Both the position numbers and the translations under genes were made by a program. Shown one piece after another: positions 1 to 8,861 of a stretch of 64,000 nt of DNA; position 1 is the first letter of the stretch, and every line of letters starts with the position of its first letter. This DNA comes from Thiotrichales bacterium (GTDB lineage Bacteria > Pseudomonadota > Gammaproteobacteria > Francisellales > CACEW01): NCBI GenBank assembly GCA_947478525.1, contig CANJVU010000002.1:24873-88872 (forward strand), written 5' to 3'. A model generated the notes under the pieces. That model searched no databases, was not told the DNA's origin, and worked only from the letters and a program-made list of their open reading frames with translations.

Positions 1-83
1 AAATCATCCAGCAGAATGAGATGATGATTGGGTTGTTGCGCCCATTGTAAAGTAGCTTCAGAACGGTACCACGGTGTTGTCAT
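1..83 (-). CDS. 5' end of a probable DNA-processing protein DprA (runs off the left edge)
   Basis: ATG at 83 reads MTTPWYRSEATLQWAQQPNHHLILLDD, resembling the W..QP.HH.I.L.D segment of DprA; only 27 codons are visible. Confidence 0.45.
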   Translation of the reverse strand, partial: MTTPWYRSEATLQWAQQPNHHLILLDD

Positions 84-102
84 AACGAAACAAATTTGAT
101 TT

Positions 103-1020
103 TTATTTGTTCATTGTATCATAAAAATTGGGTTTGCCACCAGGTTGACGTTTAAAGCGTTTGTAAGACCATTGATATTGTTCTGGAAACTGGCGAACGA
201 TGGCCTCCAGGTCTTTATTTAAGGCGATGGTTGCCTGTTCAACATCGTCTTGATAAATGTCGTCACTGGCCAGTTGAGTATGAATATCATAGCCCTTGCC
301 AATCGCATTGCGGGTTGCAAACGTAAAATAAACGCGGGCATTAGATTTTTTGGCCAGACGTACGGCCAGTGTCATGGTCCAAGCGTCTATACCGAAAAAC
401 GGTGCAAATACACCGCCACTTTCGCCGGGGTCTTGGTCTGGTAGAATTGCGACTACTTTGCGTTGATCTAATCCTTTAAACAATGCCTTTACGCCCGCTT
501 GAGAGGTTGGCACCATGGTCATGGTGACGCGTTCACGAGCGCGTCGAATGATGCCATCGAGAATAGCCTTTTTTGGGGGGCGATAAAGCGAAATGACCGG
601 GTAATATTGGCTGGCAAAAGTCGAGAACACCTCCCAGGCGCCAATGTGCGGCACTAAAAAGAGCAACCCTTGATTTTCCGGCAGGGGTGGCAAGCCTTCC
701 GGGCAATCAATCTGTTTGAGCGTAAACGAAGGTGGCTTCATCCAAATGGCGATCATTTCCATTCCGGACATCAGGGTATGCTGGATGCTTTTATTGACAA
801 GATATCGCTGTTTTTCTGCGGAGAGTTCTGGAAAACAATGCGCGATATTAATTTCAGTAATGCGTCGCGTTTCATTGGGAATCCAGCGCAGCAATACGCC
901 AACGCCTTGCCCTAAAAGATGTAGCCAAGAAATAGGAAAAAAGGCCACGGCCCTCAGTATCATCGATAATAAGCGTTGTTGAAAAGTAAGGTGTAATGGC
1001 ATTGGTGAATCTTTCATCAT
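103..1020 (-). CDS. lpxL: Lipid A late (lauroyl-type) acyltransferase, LpxL/HtrB family
   Basis: Motifs PHIGAWE, LPDQDP, APFFG and PEQYQWSYKRFK; N-terminal membrane anchor. Confidence 0.9.
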   Translation of the reverse strand: MMKDSPMPLHLTFQQRLLSMILRAVAFFPISWLHLLGQGVGVLLRWIPNETRRITEINIAHCFPELSAEKQRYLVNKSIQHTLMSGMEMIAIWMKPPSFTLKQIDCPEGLPPLPENQGLLFLVPHIGAWEVFSTFASQYYPVISLYRPPKKAILDGIIRRARERVTMTMVPTSQAGVKALFKGLDQRKVVAILPDQDPGESGGVFAPFFGIDAWTMTLAVRLAKKSNARVYFTFATRNAIGKGYDIHTQLASDDIYQDDVEQATIALNKDLEAIVRQFPEQYQWSYKRFKRQPGGKPNFYDTMNK

Positions 1021-1066
1021 TTTTGGTATAATCGGTTCATCATCCCTAGATCATAGCTGAAGAGTC

Positions 1067-1654
1067 GTGAACATACCAATAACAATTTTATCCCGCTGCG
1101 TTGTCCTGGTTATTTCGATGTTGATTAGTGTACACGTGCAGGCATTGACCGTTTATGAGTGGGTAAATGCTGCTGGCACAGTACAATATTCTGATCAACC
1201 TCATGTGGGTGCCAATAAAATCAATATTGACGAAAGTAAATGGCAGCAACCTATTTCGCCTTCGACCCAGCAAATGAGTCAAGAAGTCAGTCAAGTACAG
1301 CAGGAAGTGAGCCAGTTGGCCTCGACGGTAAGCACCATTGGCAAAGTGACCATTGTGGCGCCGTTGGATCAACATACTTTCCAAAACGTTGCCAACATAC
1401 ACATTCGTATTAACGTTTCGCCAGAGTTATTTCGGCAGAGTGGGGTTGTCAAATTATACATTGATGGCAAGTTATCCAGTGCTAAGTTAGCGCACAAAAC
1501 TCAGCAATTTGTATTGAGCAATGTGTCGCGTGGAACCCACACGCTGCAGGTTAAAACCCTTGATGCAAAAGGCAACCTCTGGGGTAGCAGTGCGTTGATC
1601 ACTATTTATGTGCATCGTACTCATGTCAACGCGCTCAATACGGCTAACAGTTGA
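1067..1654 (+). CDS. Secreted DUF4124-type protein with C-terminal Ig-like domain
   Basis: Signal peptide, VYEWVNAAGTVQYSDQP motif, and C-terminal LYIDG...NVSRGTHTLQV beta-rich pattern. Confidence 0.8.
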   Translation: MNIPITILSRCVVLVISMLISVHVQALTVYEWVNAAGTVQYSDQPHVGANKINIDESKWQQPISPSTQQMSQEVSQVQQEVSQLASTVSTIGKVTIVAPLDQHTFQNVANIHIRINVSPELFRQSGVVKLYIDGKLSSAKLAHKTQQFVLSNVSRGTHTLQVKTLDAKGNLWGSSALITIYVHRTHVNALNTANS

Positions 1655-2283
1655 GTGACAGAGTTGGCCTCAATCACGCCAGGCTGTGATAATACAGCAG
1701 TGCGGCGCGCATGTTGGGTAAAGGCAATAAAATGATCTGCTAAGCCTGCCTGGTAGACGTGATAATCGGTCATGCCATCACCAATCATTACGCCAGCGCT
1801 TTGCCATTTTTTTGATAATGGTCTTGCGCCATCTACTTTGGAGTGGCTAAAGGGATCGTGCTGGTCAATGCCAATAAACTGGCCATGATTGCCAAAACGC
1901 AATTGCACGCCATGAATCTGTGCCGCAGCAATATTCAGTGCCAACCCAACTGGCAAAATTAACTCACGTAAACCGCCGCTGATAATCCAAATATCCATCC
2001 CTTGATCTTGCAACGTCTTGATTAGCGCCGGCATTCCTGGGGTGAGGTATTGTGTGATGGTTTTGGCCAGCTGATCGATGCTTTGCTGCGTAGGTGCAGC
2101 AATTTGCAAGCGCTGCTGCAGTGACTCGGCAAAGGAAATGGTACCGTCCATCCCTTGTTGGGTAATTTCAGCAAGCAATGCTTGTTTTTCAGGATGGTTT
2201 GCCAATGGCGGTGCCAGTAACAGCTCCAGACTTTCTGCGGTGATCAAGGTAGAGTCAAAATCGAAGATGACGGTTTTAATCAT
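1621..2283 (-). CDS. HAD-IB phosphatase, phosphoserine phosphatase (SerB)-like
   Basis: FDFDSTL motif I, ISGG motif II, IGDGMTD motif IV, and FAESLQQRL. Confidence 0.85.
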   Translation of the reverse strand: MIKTVIFDFDSTLITAESLELLLAPPLANHPEKQALLAEITQQGMDGTISFAESLQQRLQIAAPTQQSIDQLAKTITQYLTPGMPALIKTLQDQGMDIWIISGGLRELILPVGLALNIAAAQIHGVQLRFGNHGQFIGIDQHDPFSHSKVDGARPLSKKWQSAGVMIGDGMTDYHVYQAGLADHFIAFTQHARRTAVLSQPGVIEANSVTQLLAVLSALT

Positions 2284-3125
2284 GGGGTTGTGGGCTGACG
2301 ACGAATCGGGATATCTGCAATACTAACACGAAACTCCCTACCCGATGAAGTGGTCTTGGGTTTTTCAGCGCCCCAGGCGTGGCCATAAATAATTTCAAAG
2401 GGAATGGGCAGTGCGTTATCGTTTTTTTGTTTGATCAATTTTTCAAGCATTTGTTGCCAACGCTTTTTGCCGGTCAGCGTTTTGCGGCGTGTACTCAATA
2501 ATTGGGTTTCGCCCATCGCGCGCAGGTCGTCAAACAGGCGTTGCGTGGTGGAATAATTGACGGTAATGTGTTCGGCGTCCATGACGGGATCGACGAAATG
2601 GTTTCTCAATAAACCATCACCAATATCATGCATGTCATAAAACGGCAAGACGTGTTGTGCCGTATCTTCACCAAATGCCTTGGTTAAAGGTAGTAGCGTA
2701 TCGGGACCCAGTGTAGAAAACATCAATAATCCCTGTGGTTTTAACACGCGGCTGATTTCGCCGAGCACTTTTTCCAGATCCAGAGTCCAGTGTAGTGCCA
2801 GGCTGGAAATAATCAAATCGATGCTGTGGTCAGCAAAGGGGAGTTGATGGGCATCTGCGCAAACTGATGTCATGTTACGGTTATCTAATCTCGATATGGC
2901 AAGGTCTAGGCCAACATAATGCGCAGTGGGATAAAGCGGTCGCAACGCGTTAAGCAATGTGCCATCGCCGCAGCCAATATCGACAATAATCGCAGGTTGG
3001 CATTTGATAAAACTCAGGCGGTCGACCAGCCGCTCTTGTACTTCGCGGGGGATAATCGCCGCATCGGCATAGCTGCCAGCGGTTTGATTGAGCTGTCGTT
3101 TTGCTTGAGCCAAGTCTATGTTCAT
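2280..3125 (-). CDS. bioC: Malonyl-ACP O-methyltransferase BioC
   Basis: SAM motif DIGCGDG, ADAHQLPFADHSIDLI, FSTLGPDTL, DMHDIGDGL and YGHAW; ATG at 3125 chosen because the longer ORF overlaps epmA. Confidence 0.85.
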   Translation of the reverse strand: MNIDLAQAKRQLNQTAGSYADAAIIPREVQERLVDRLSFIKCQPAIIVDIGCGDGTLLNALRPLYPTAHYVGLDLAISRLDNRNMTSVCADAHQLPFADHSIDLIISSLALHWTLDLEKVLGEISRVLKPQGLLMFSTLGPDTLLPLTKAFGEDTAQHVLPFYDMHDIGDGLLRNHFVDPVMDAEHITVNYSTTQRLFDDLRAMGETQLLSTRRKTLTGKKRWQQMLEKLIKQKNDNALPIPFEIIYGHAWGAEKPKTTSSGREFRVSIADIPIRRQPTTP

Positions 3126-3154
3126 GATAGCGTAATCTAAAACCGGAGTATTGC

Positions 3155-4063
3155 ATGCTGTATAACCCATTTTCGCCAGTAGATCAACAATTACGTGCAC
3201 AGGTGCTGCAAAAAATTCGGCAGTTTTTTGCCGAGCGTGGGGTATTGGAAGTCGATACGCCTTTAATGGCTGAGGCACCGGTTACTGACCCTTATTTGCA
3301 AGCGGTGCAAGCCAAGTGCATGGGTAAAACTTATTATCTGCAAACCTCACCAGAATATGCGATGAAGCGATTGCTCGCTGCGGGCAGTGGTTCGATTTAT
3401 CAAATCTGTAAAGCGTTTCGTGATGAAGAACAGGGCAGAATCCATCGTGCTGAATTTACTATGCTGGAATGGTATCGTGTAGGGTTGGATGATTGCCAAT
3501 TGATGGATGAGACCGATGCATTAATTCAATGGGTGACCGGATGGCCGCCGGCTAACCGTTTTAGCTATCAGGCATTATTTGAGCAGTACTTGCAGATCAA
3601 TCCGCATCAAGCCAGTTTTGAAACCTTGCAAACATTGGCGCGAAAACATATGGGCGACATCCCTGGATTGGTGCACGCCACGTCCGATGATTATTTACAT
3701 TTGTTGATGTCAGCCGTCATTGAACCGGAAATAGCCAAATTAGATGTGGTGATGATTTATGATTATCCCGCCTCACAAGCAGCATTAGCGCGCAAAAAAG
3801 AAGTGAATGGCAAGCTTGTTGCCAAGCGCTTCGAAGTCTATTGTCGTGGTGTGGAATTGGCCAATGCTTATGATGAATTAACCGATGTCAACGAACAGCG
3901 GCGGCGTTTTGAAGCCGATTTATTGCGTCGCCAGCAGTTGAACTTGCCGGCAGTGCCTGTAGATGAGGCGTTGCTGACGGCCATGGCGCAAGGCTTGCCG
4001 GATTGTGCTGGGATTGCGTTGGGACTAGATCGATTATTGCTGTTTGCTCGCCAATCCCATTAG
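3155..4063 (+). CDS. epmA: EF-P beta-lysine ligase EpmA (GenX/PoxA)
   Basis: LQTSPEYAMKRLLAAG, FRDEE.G..H..EFTMLEWY, ELANAYDEL and GIALGLDRL; no anticodon domain. Confidence 0.95.
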   Translation: MLYNPFSPVDQQLRAQVLQKIRQFFAERGVLEVDTPLMAEAPVTDPYLQAVQAKCMGKTYYLQTSPEYAMKRLLAAGSGSIYQICKAFRDEEQGRIHRAEFTMLEWYRVGLDDCQLMDETDALIQWVTGWPPANRFSYQALFEQYLQINPHQASFETLQTLARKHMGDIPGLVHATSDDYLHLLMSAVIEPEIAKLDVVMIYDYPASQAALARKKEVNGKLVAKRFEVYCRGVELANAYDELTDVNEQRRRFEADLLRRQQLNLPAVPVDEALLTAMAQGLPDCAGIALGLDRLLLFARQSH

Positions 4064-4894
4064 TTCGCCCATCTGGATCGCACGATTGGGTACAATGCCT
4101 GGCGCCCATTGCATGGCATCTTTGCCAAATAACACAATCACCGTTGAACCAAATTGAAAACGGCCAATTTCATCGCCGGTTTTATAAACATGATGGGCAT
4201 TTTGATAATCCCAGTGATAGGGTTTTTTATGGTGTGAAGGTGCTACCAAGCCATGCCATACTGTTTCCATGCTGGCGACAAAAAAAGCACCGACAAATAC
4301 TACGGCCATTGGGCCCATGTCGGTTTCAAATAAGCAGACCACGCGTTCATTACGTGCAAATAATTTGGGCACGGTTTCTGCCGTGCGTGGGTTGACCGAG
4401 AATAATTTTCCTGGCACATAGGTCATGCCAATGAGTTTGCCAGTGTAGGGCATATGCACACGATGGTAATCACGCGGAGATAAATATACCGTAATAAATT
4501 GACCATGATCAAAATGGTGATGCCAGTTAGTGGCGCCACCCAATAATTCTAGTGCGTTGAAACTATGGCCTTTGGCTTGGAAAATCCGGCCTTTTTGGAT
4601 TGGACCACATTGGCTGATGGCACCATCGGCGGGGCTGACAATCGCGTTTGATTGCGAGGGGAGGGGGCGCGCACCGGCTTTTAAGGCGCGAGTAAAAAAT
4701 GCATTGAAATGAATATAGGCATCTGGGTTGGATTCGATTGCCTCAGAAACATCAATATGGTATTTCTGAATGGCCAGGTTAATCAGTGCATTTTTGATGC
4801 CGCGCACTTGGCAGTTGGCCAATTTACCGAGTAATCTAGACAATAAATGTTGCGGTAACAGATATTGAGGTAGAGTCAGTAATCGATTGAGCAT
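4034..4894 (-). CDS. psd: Phosphatidylserine decarboxylase proenzyme
   Basis: SPADG, YLSPRDYHRVHMP, LFARNERV and the FGST cleavage motif. Confidence 0.95.
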   Translation of the reverse strand: MLNRLLTLPQYLLPQHLLSRLLGKLANCQVRGIKNALINLAIQKYHIDVSEAIESNPDAYIHFNAFFTRALKAGARPLPSQSNAIVSPADGAISQCGPIQKGRIFQAKGHSFNALELLGGATNWHHHFDHGQFITVYLSPRDYHRVHMPYTGKLIGMTYVPGKLFSVNPRTAETVPKLFARNERVVCLFETDMGPMAVVFVGAFFVASMETVWHGLVAPSHHKKPYHWDYQNAHHVYKTGDEIGRFQFGSTVIVLFGKDAMQWAPGIVPNRAIQMGELMGLASKQQ

Positions 4895-4943
4895 AATGGC
4901 GCCTTGATTTTAAAGATCAGAGCGCCATTCTACACGATTAACA

Positions 4944-5336
4944 TTAGCTGGCCAAACGCATATCATCAAAGCTGCCATAGCCGCGATAAAAAGAAAGCAC
5001 GGTCGCGCTTTCGTTGCTATCTTCGTCACCAAAAAAATCTTCATCAGCGGCTTGGCAAGAAGCTTTCTGGCGTTGTTCTTCCCTCAGCATTAATTCAATG
5101 GCCAACACGGCATTTTTGAATGAAGTGTTTTCTGCGTCAAACTCAGCAATGCCTTTCAACGCTTCGGTCAAATCCGCTGCGGTGATGTGTGTGTCATCAA
5201 GCAAGTCAATCATAAGATCAGCATCGATCAAATACCAGTTGTCCATATGGTTTTCCAACAGGGTTTTGATCTTTTTAACGTGATCACCGGAGACTTGGTT
5301 TAATAATTGTCTGTAGTTTTTAACTGAAATATTCAT
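4944..5336 (-). CDS. Acidic hypothetical protein
   Basis: 130-aa ORF with an AAGGA RBS, downstream of the Arc gene; no family recognised. Confidence 0.6.
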   Translation of the reverse strand: MNISVKNYRQLLNQVSGDHVKKIKTLLENHMDNWYLIDADLMIDLLDDTHITAADLTEALKGIAEFDAENTSFKNAVLAIELMLREEQRQKASCQAADEDFFGDEDSNESATVLSFYRGYGSFDDMRLAS

Positions 5337-5363
5337 TTTTTGAGTCCTTTATGTTATGGTTTT

Positions 5364-5390
5364 CTTAACGTTTTCTTAATGCTTTATTAA
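5364..5390. promoter_or_regulatory. Three tandem TTAA boxes at 11-bp period (PmrA/QseB-type site candidate)
   Basis: CTTAA-cgtttt-CTTAA-tgcttt-ATTAA starting at 5364, 5375 and 5386. Confidence 0.4.
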
Positions 5391-5396
5391 GCTTAT

Positions 5397-5618
5397 TTAT
5401 CGGTTGTTTGCAAAGTAACATTCTGCTGCCAACAGACGGTCATTTTCTTCCATCGCCAAATCTTTTTCCAAGCTTCTGGCTAAACGCATCATGATCTCAA
5501 TATTGATGTCACGACCATTCTCTGACGAGCGTTGTACCAGATCCTTGATCATATTCAACGGCAAGCGAATGGTTAATTCTGGGTTGCTAGGGTTCAGTTC
5601 AATGTTGTAGTGTTTCAT
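5397..5618 (-). CDS. Arc-family ribbon-helix-helix DNA-binding protein
   Basis: LTIRLP...L...S.ENGR..N.EIMMRL..SL pattern of Arc/AmrZ. Confidence 0.85.
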   Translation of the reverse strand: MKHYNIELNPSNPELTIRLPLNMIKDLVQRSSENGRDINIEIMMRLARSLEKDLAMEENDRLLAAECYFANNR

Positions 5619-5814
5619 ATGCGCTCCTTAAGAAATCTTTAATTTATTGCTTAGATATTTTCAAGGTGCCTATCAGACCATAGCCGTTCGCTCAAAGAAA
5701 TCACTATATTTGCCGGCTAATAATAGCGCAATATTTTGGGGGCGAAAAAAATACTCAAATTTTTTTTCTGGAGCCTAGCGCCGCTTCTTGCAATTTTCCC
5801 AACAGCGATTACAA

Positions 5815-5990
5815 TGACCGCCGTCAGTATCGAGAAACGGGAATTGGGTGCGTACCTTTGTACAAAGCCCAGACTGCCCCCGCAACGGTAAGTCAATTGG
5901 CGGTTAAGCCAATTTGAGAAGTGCCACTGTGTGAAAGCATGGGAAGGCCTCAGCGAAAGCGACAAGTCCGTAGACCGTCTTGATGCGTAG
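5815..5990 (+). ncRNA. Cobalamin (AdoCbl) riboswitch
   Basis: Ordered conserved blocks GGGAAttgggtg...aagcccagactgCCCCCGCAACGGTA...GCCACTG...GGGAAGG...AAGTCCGTAGACCG directly upstream of a TonB-dependent receptor; boundaries approximate. Confidence 0.92.
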
Positions 5991-6032
5991 ACTTCTTATT
6001 CACGGGTAGGTTTGTTAAGAAGGAATGATCTC

Positions 6033-8006
6033 ATGTCGCACCATTTATGGAGCGTGGCGCTTTTTGTGGCGCTGTCGCCGGTTATTTTTGCGGATAACAC
6101 CCGTTATCCCATCCCTGATATTTTTATCCCTGCCCCGTTGCCCATGTATGGTCAAAGCAGCGATAATCTGGGCAATCAAATTGTCTTATCTGCGGCTGAG
6201 ATTCAGCGAGAAGGTGTTACCTCATTGGCGGAACTGCTCGATCATGTTGCAGGCATGCGCTATGACTCGGGTGCGGGTGCCAATCCACAGTTATTTTTGC
6301 GCGGTAAACCCGCCTTAATCTTAATCAATGGTGTGCCCTTAACCACGTTTTCACAAGCGGCGCCTGATTTGAATGTGATTGATTTGCAGCAGGTGCAAAA
6401 AATTATCATCACGCCCGGTTCTGCCGGCGTTGCCTATGGCGATGCGGCGATTGGAGGCGTAGTTAATGTTATTACCACCGCGCCGACGTCGGCGCAGGCC
6501 AATGTCAATCTGTGGGGCGGTTGGCCGCAACAGGGTGGTGTGGATATTCAAGCTGCTAATGCTTTAGCCAATGGCTGGTCAGGCGATTTGGGTGGCGATA
6601 TCGACAAAACTGGTGGTTATCGTCAACACAGCAAATCGATCGAACAAAAGCTCAATGGTATGCTGCGTAAAGATTATGATAGGGGCTATGTGGAATGGCG
6701 TTGGCAGGGTAACCATCAGAACTTGGATTATCCGGGTGCATTAACCGCAGCGCAAATGGCGCAAGATCGTACGCAAAGCATTGCCAGTGGTCAGGGTTCC
6801 TTTCGTTATAATAGCATCGACAATGTGGTGCATTGGCACCAGGCGTTGGAACAGAATTGGATCTCAGATACCGTATTGCATCACAATCAACTATGGGGTG
6901 CGGCAGAATATTATCCTTTTGTATCTACTAGCAGTGAATTGGCGCGCACCATATCGATTGATCAATCATTTCAGCATCAAAATAATTGGTTCCACTTGCC
7001 GGTGAAATGGACCTTGGGGGTGAACACCACTCTTGATGATTATAGCTACACCGAGTCGATCAACTATGGTACCCGCCAGCAATATGCAGCGTATGCGTTA
7101 AGTGATTGGCAATTGCCGGATCAATGGGGTGTTGCCGTCGGAGGGCGTTATGTCTGGCTCGATACCAATGGCCAGTTTTATGAATACAACGGCGCCATGA
7201 CGGTGTTGCAACCACCGCAAACGCAAGTTCAATCCTTGTGGCTGAGTAGCATCGAGTTATATCGCACCTGGGGGGAAGATCTCAAAACCTACCTTCGTCG
7301 TGCACAAAGTTATCAATTGCCGCTGATTGACCAGTCGAGTTATTCACCCAATACTGCGCAATTTTTAACGGGATTTGGTTTGCAACCGCAAACCGCGACG
7401 TCTTATGAAACTGGTTTTACTTGGAGCCCCGCGCAGTGGCAGTGGAACGGTGAGCTGTACCTGATGAATGTGCGCAATGAAATTGGTTATGCAGTGGATC
7501 CCACTGTGCCGGGCAACCCGAGTGTCAATTTCAATTTGCCGCCGACGCGGCATATTGGCGCTTTATTGGGAACCCAATATTCGCCCACGCAGCGTTGGCA
7601 GATCGGTGGGCAGTTAAATGCCTCGCGGCAGTGGTTTACCCAAGGTGACAACGGCGGTAAGCAATTGCCCGATGCGCCGGAATGGATTGCCTCGATGAAC
7701 AGCCGTTACCAATTTGCCGAACATTGGTCGATGTATGGCTTGGCGCAATATACCGGCAGTAGTTTTGCCGACGGCGATTTCAGCAACAGTCTGGGCAAAA
7801 TCCCCGGGTATTGGTTGTTTAACACCGCGCTGAATTATCAAATCCAAGCGTGGACGCTCAGTGCGCGTATTGATAATTTGACCAATACCTATTACAACCT
7901 TTATACCACCACTGTTCCTACTGGATCGGGCAGTAATGAAATTGATTATTACCCGGCACCTGGGCGGACGTTTTTGTTGAGTGTGAATTACCATTTAGAA
8001 AATTAA
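6033..8006 (+). CDS. TonB-dependent receptor, probably BtuB-like cobalamin transporter
   Basis: Signal peptide, plug motifs (LILINGVP, YGDAAIGGVVNVIT), C-terminal IDNLTNTYY...PGRTF..SVNY; B12 riboswitch upstream. Confidence 0.9.
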   Translation: MSHHLWSVALFVALSPVIFADNTRYPIPDIFIPAPLPMYGQSSDNLGNQIVLSAAEIQREGVTSLAELLDHVAGMRYDSGAGANPQLFLRGKPALILINGVPLTTFSQAAPDLNVIDLQQVQKIIITPGSAGVAYGDAAIGGVVNVITTAPTSAQANVNLWGGWPQQGGVDIQAANALANGWSGDLGGDIDKTGGYRQHSKSIEQKLNGMLRKDYDRGYVEWRWQGNHQNLDYPGALTAAQMAQDRTQSIASGQGSFRYNSIDNVVHWHQALEQNWISDTVLHHNQLWGAAEYYPFVSTSSELARTISIDQSFQHQNNWFHLPVKWTLGVNTTLDDYSYTESINYGTRQQYAAYALSDWQLPDQWGVAVGGRYVWLDTNGQFYEYNGAMTVLQPPQTQVQSLWLSSIELYRTWGEDLKTYLRRAQSYQLPLIDQSSYSPNTAQFLTGFGLQPQTATSYETGFTWSPAQWQWNGELYLMNVRNEIGYAVDPTVPGNPSVNFNLPPTRHIGALLGTQYSPTQRWQIGGQLNASRQWFTQGDNGGKQLPDAPEWIASMNSRYQFAEHWSMYGLAQYTGSSFADGDFSNSLGKIPGYWLFNTALNYQIQAWTLSARIDNLTNTYYNLYTTTVPTGSGSNEIDYYPAPGRTFLLSVNYHLEN

Positions 8007-8020
8007 GTAATGGGTGAAAA

Positions 8021-8043
8021 AAGTATAAACATAGTATATACTT
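8021..8043 (+). promoter_or_regulatory. Palindromic operator for mazEF autoregulation
   Basis: AAGTATA-N9-TATACTT inverted repeat just upstream of mazE. Confidence 0.55.
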
Positions 8044-8071
8044 GGCAAAACAAACAGAGGAACAGAGTGTG

Positions 8072-8338
8072 ATGCAAGTGCATGCCAAAATTCAAAAATG
8101 GGGCAATGGCCTGGGATTGCGGGTATCGGGTATGATGCGCGATATTCCAAACTTTACTGAAGGTGCTGAGGTGGATGTTGATATCACTGAATTTGGACTC
8201 ACCATTCGTAAATCACAGCCTAAAAAACAAGTAGCGTTATGTTACACGGAGGCACAGTTGTTAGCAGGATTGACTGCTGAAATGGCGCATGCGGATTTAC
8301 TGGCAAAACCCTTGCGTGGTGAAATGGGAGCGGTATGA
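8072..8338 (+). CDS. mazE: AbrB/MazE-family antitoxin
   Basis: KIQKWGNGLGLRV motif; stop overlaps the toxin start (ATGA). Confidence 0.9.
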   Translation: MQVHAKIQKWGNGLGLRVSGMMRDIPNFTEGAEVDVDITEFGLTIRKSQPKKQVALCYTEAQLLAGLTAEMAHADLLAKPLRGEMGAV

Positions 8339-8679
8339 AACATTATATTCCCGAACGCAATGATATCGTATGGCTTGATTTTGAGCCCACCAAAGGTAAG
8401 GAAATTGGTAAATATCGTCCAGCCTTAGTGCTGTCGTCGCGTGGGTATAATGAAAAAACGGGATTGCTGATCTGTTGTCCCATTAGCACCAGTGTTCGCG
8501 GTGGTCTTACCGAAGTTCCGGTTAATAATCTGGATCAACCATCGGTGGTTGCAGCGAGTTTGATTCAAACCCTTTCCTGGGTCGACCGTAAAGTAAAATT
8601 TATTGCTCATGCTCAATCTGGCGTAATGCAGGAAGTGTTGATGCGCATTGTTCCTCTTATTGGTGCGGATATTTTATAA
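8335..8679 (+). CDS. mazF: MazF/PemK endoribonuclease toxin
   Basis: YIPERNDIVWLDFEPTKGKEIGKYRPALVLS..YN.KTGL..CCPIST. Confidence 0.92.
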   Translation: MKHYIPERNDIVWLDFEPTKGKEIGKYRPALVLSSRGYNEKTGLLICCPISTSVRGGLTEVPVNNLDQPSVVAASLIQTLSWVDRKVKFIAHAQSGVMQEVLMRIVPLIGADIL

Positions 8680-8805
8680 AAAATATAATACCAATTGCAC
8701 AGTATGACTGAAAACCTTAGTAAGCCTAAAAGAAGCATTCAGCAATTAGCGCGAGAAAAAACGAAAAAACACTTGGATTGATGGTAATCTTATTGTAAGA
8801 AGATA

Positions 8806-8840
8806 TTTGCAAAGTGTAAGTTGAATTGACAGTTTACAAA
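8806..8840 (+). promoter_or_regulatory. Imperfect palindrome upstream of NadM-Nudix (possible NrtR-type operator)
   Basis: TTTGCAAAGTGT-N11-ACAGTTTACAAA with 10 of 12 arm positions matching; contains GT-N7-AC. Confidence 0.3.
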
Positions 8841-8861
8841 CAGGATTAAAAGGTGGGTGTT

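Noticed and set aside
3126-3278. N-terminal extension of bioC in the ORF track
   Set aside because: Overlaps epmA on the opposite strand; BioC-like sequence starts at ATG 3125
5717-5965. 82-aa minus-strand ORF
   Set aside because: Antisense to the cobalamin riboswitch, with no protein-like features
8704-8781. 25-codon ORF MTENLSKPKRSIQQLAREKTKKHLD after mazF
   Set aside because: No clear RBS or recognisable family; may be a remnant but cannot be supported
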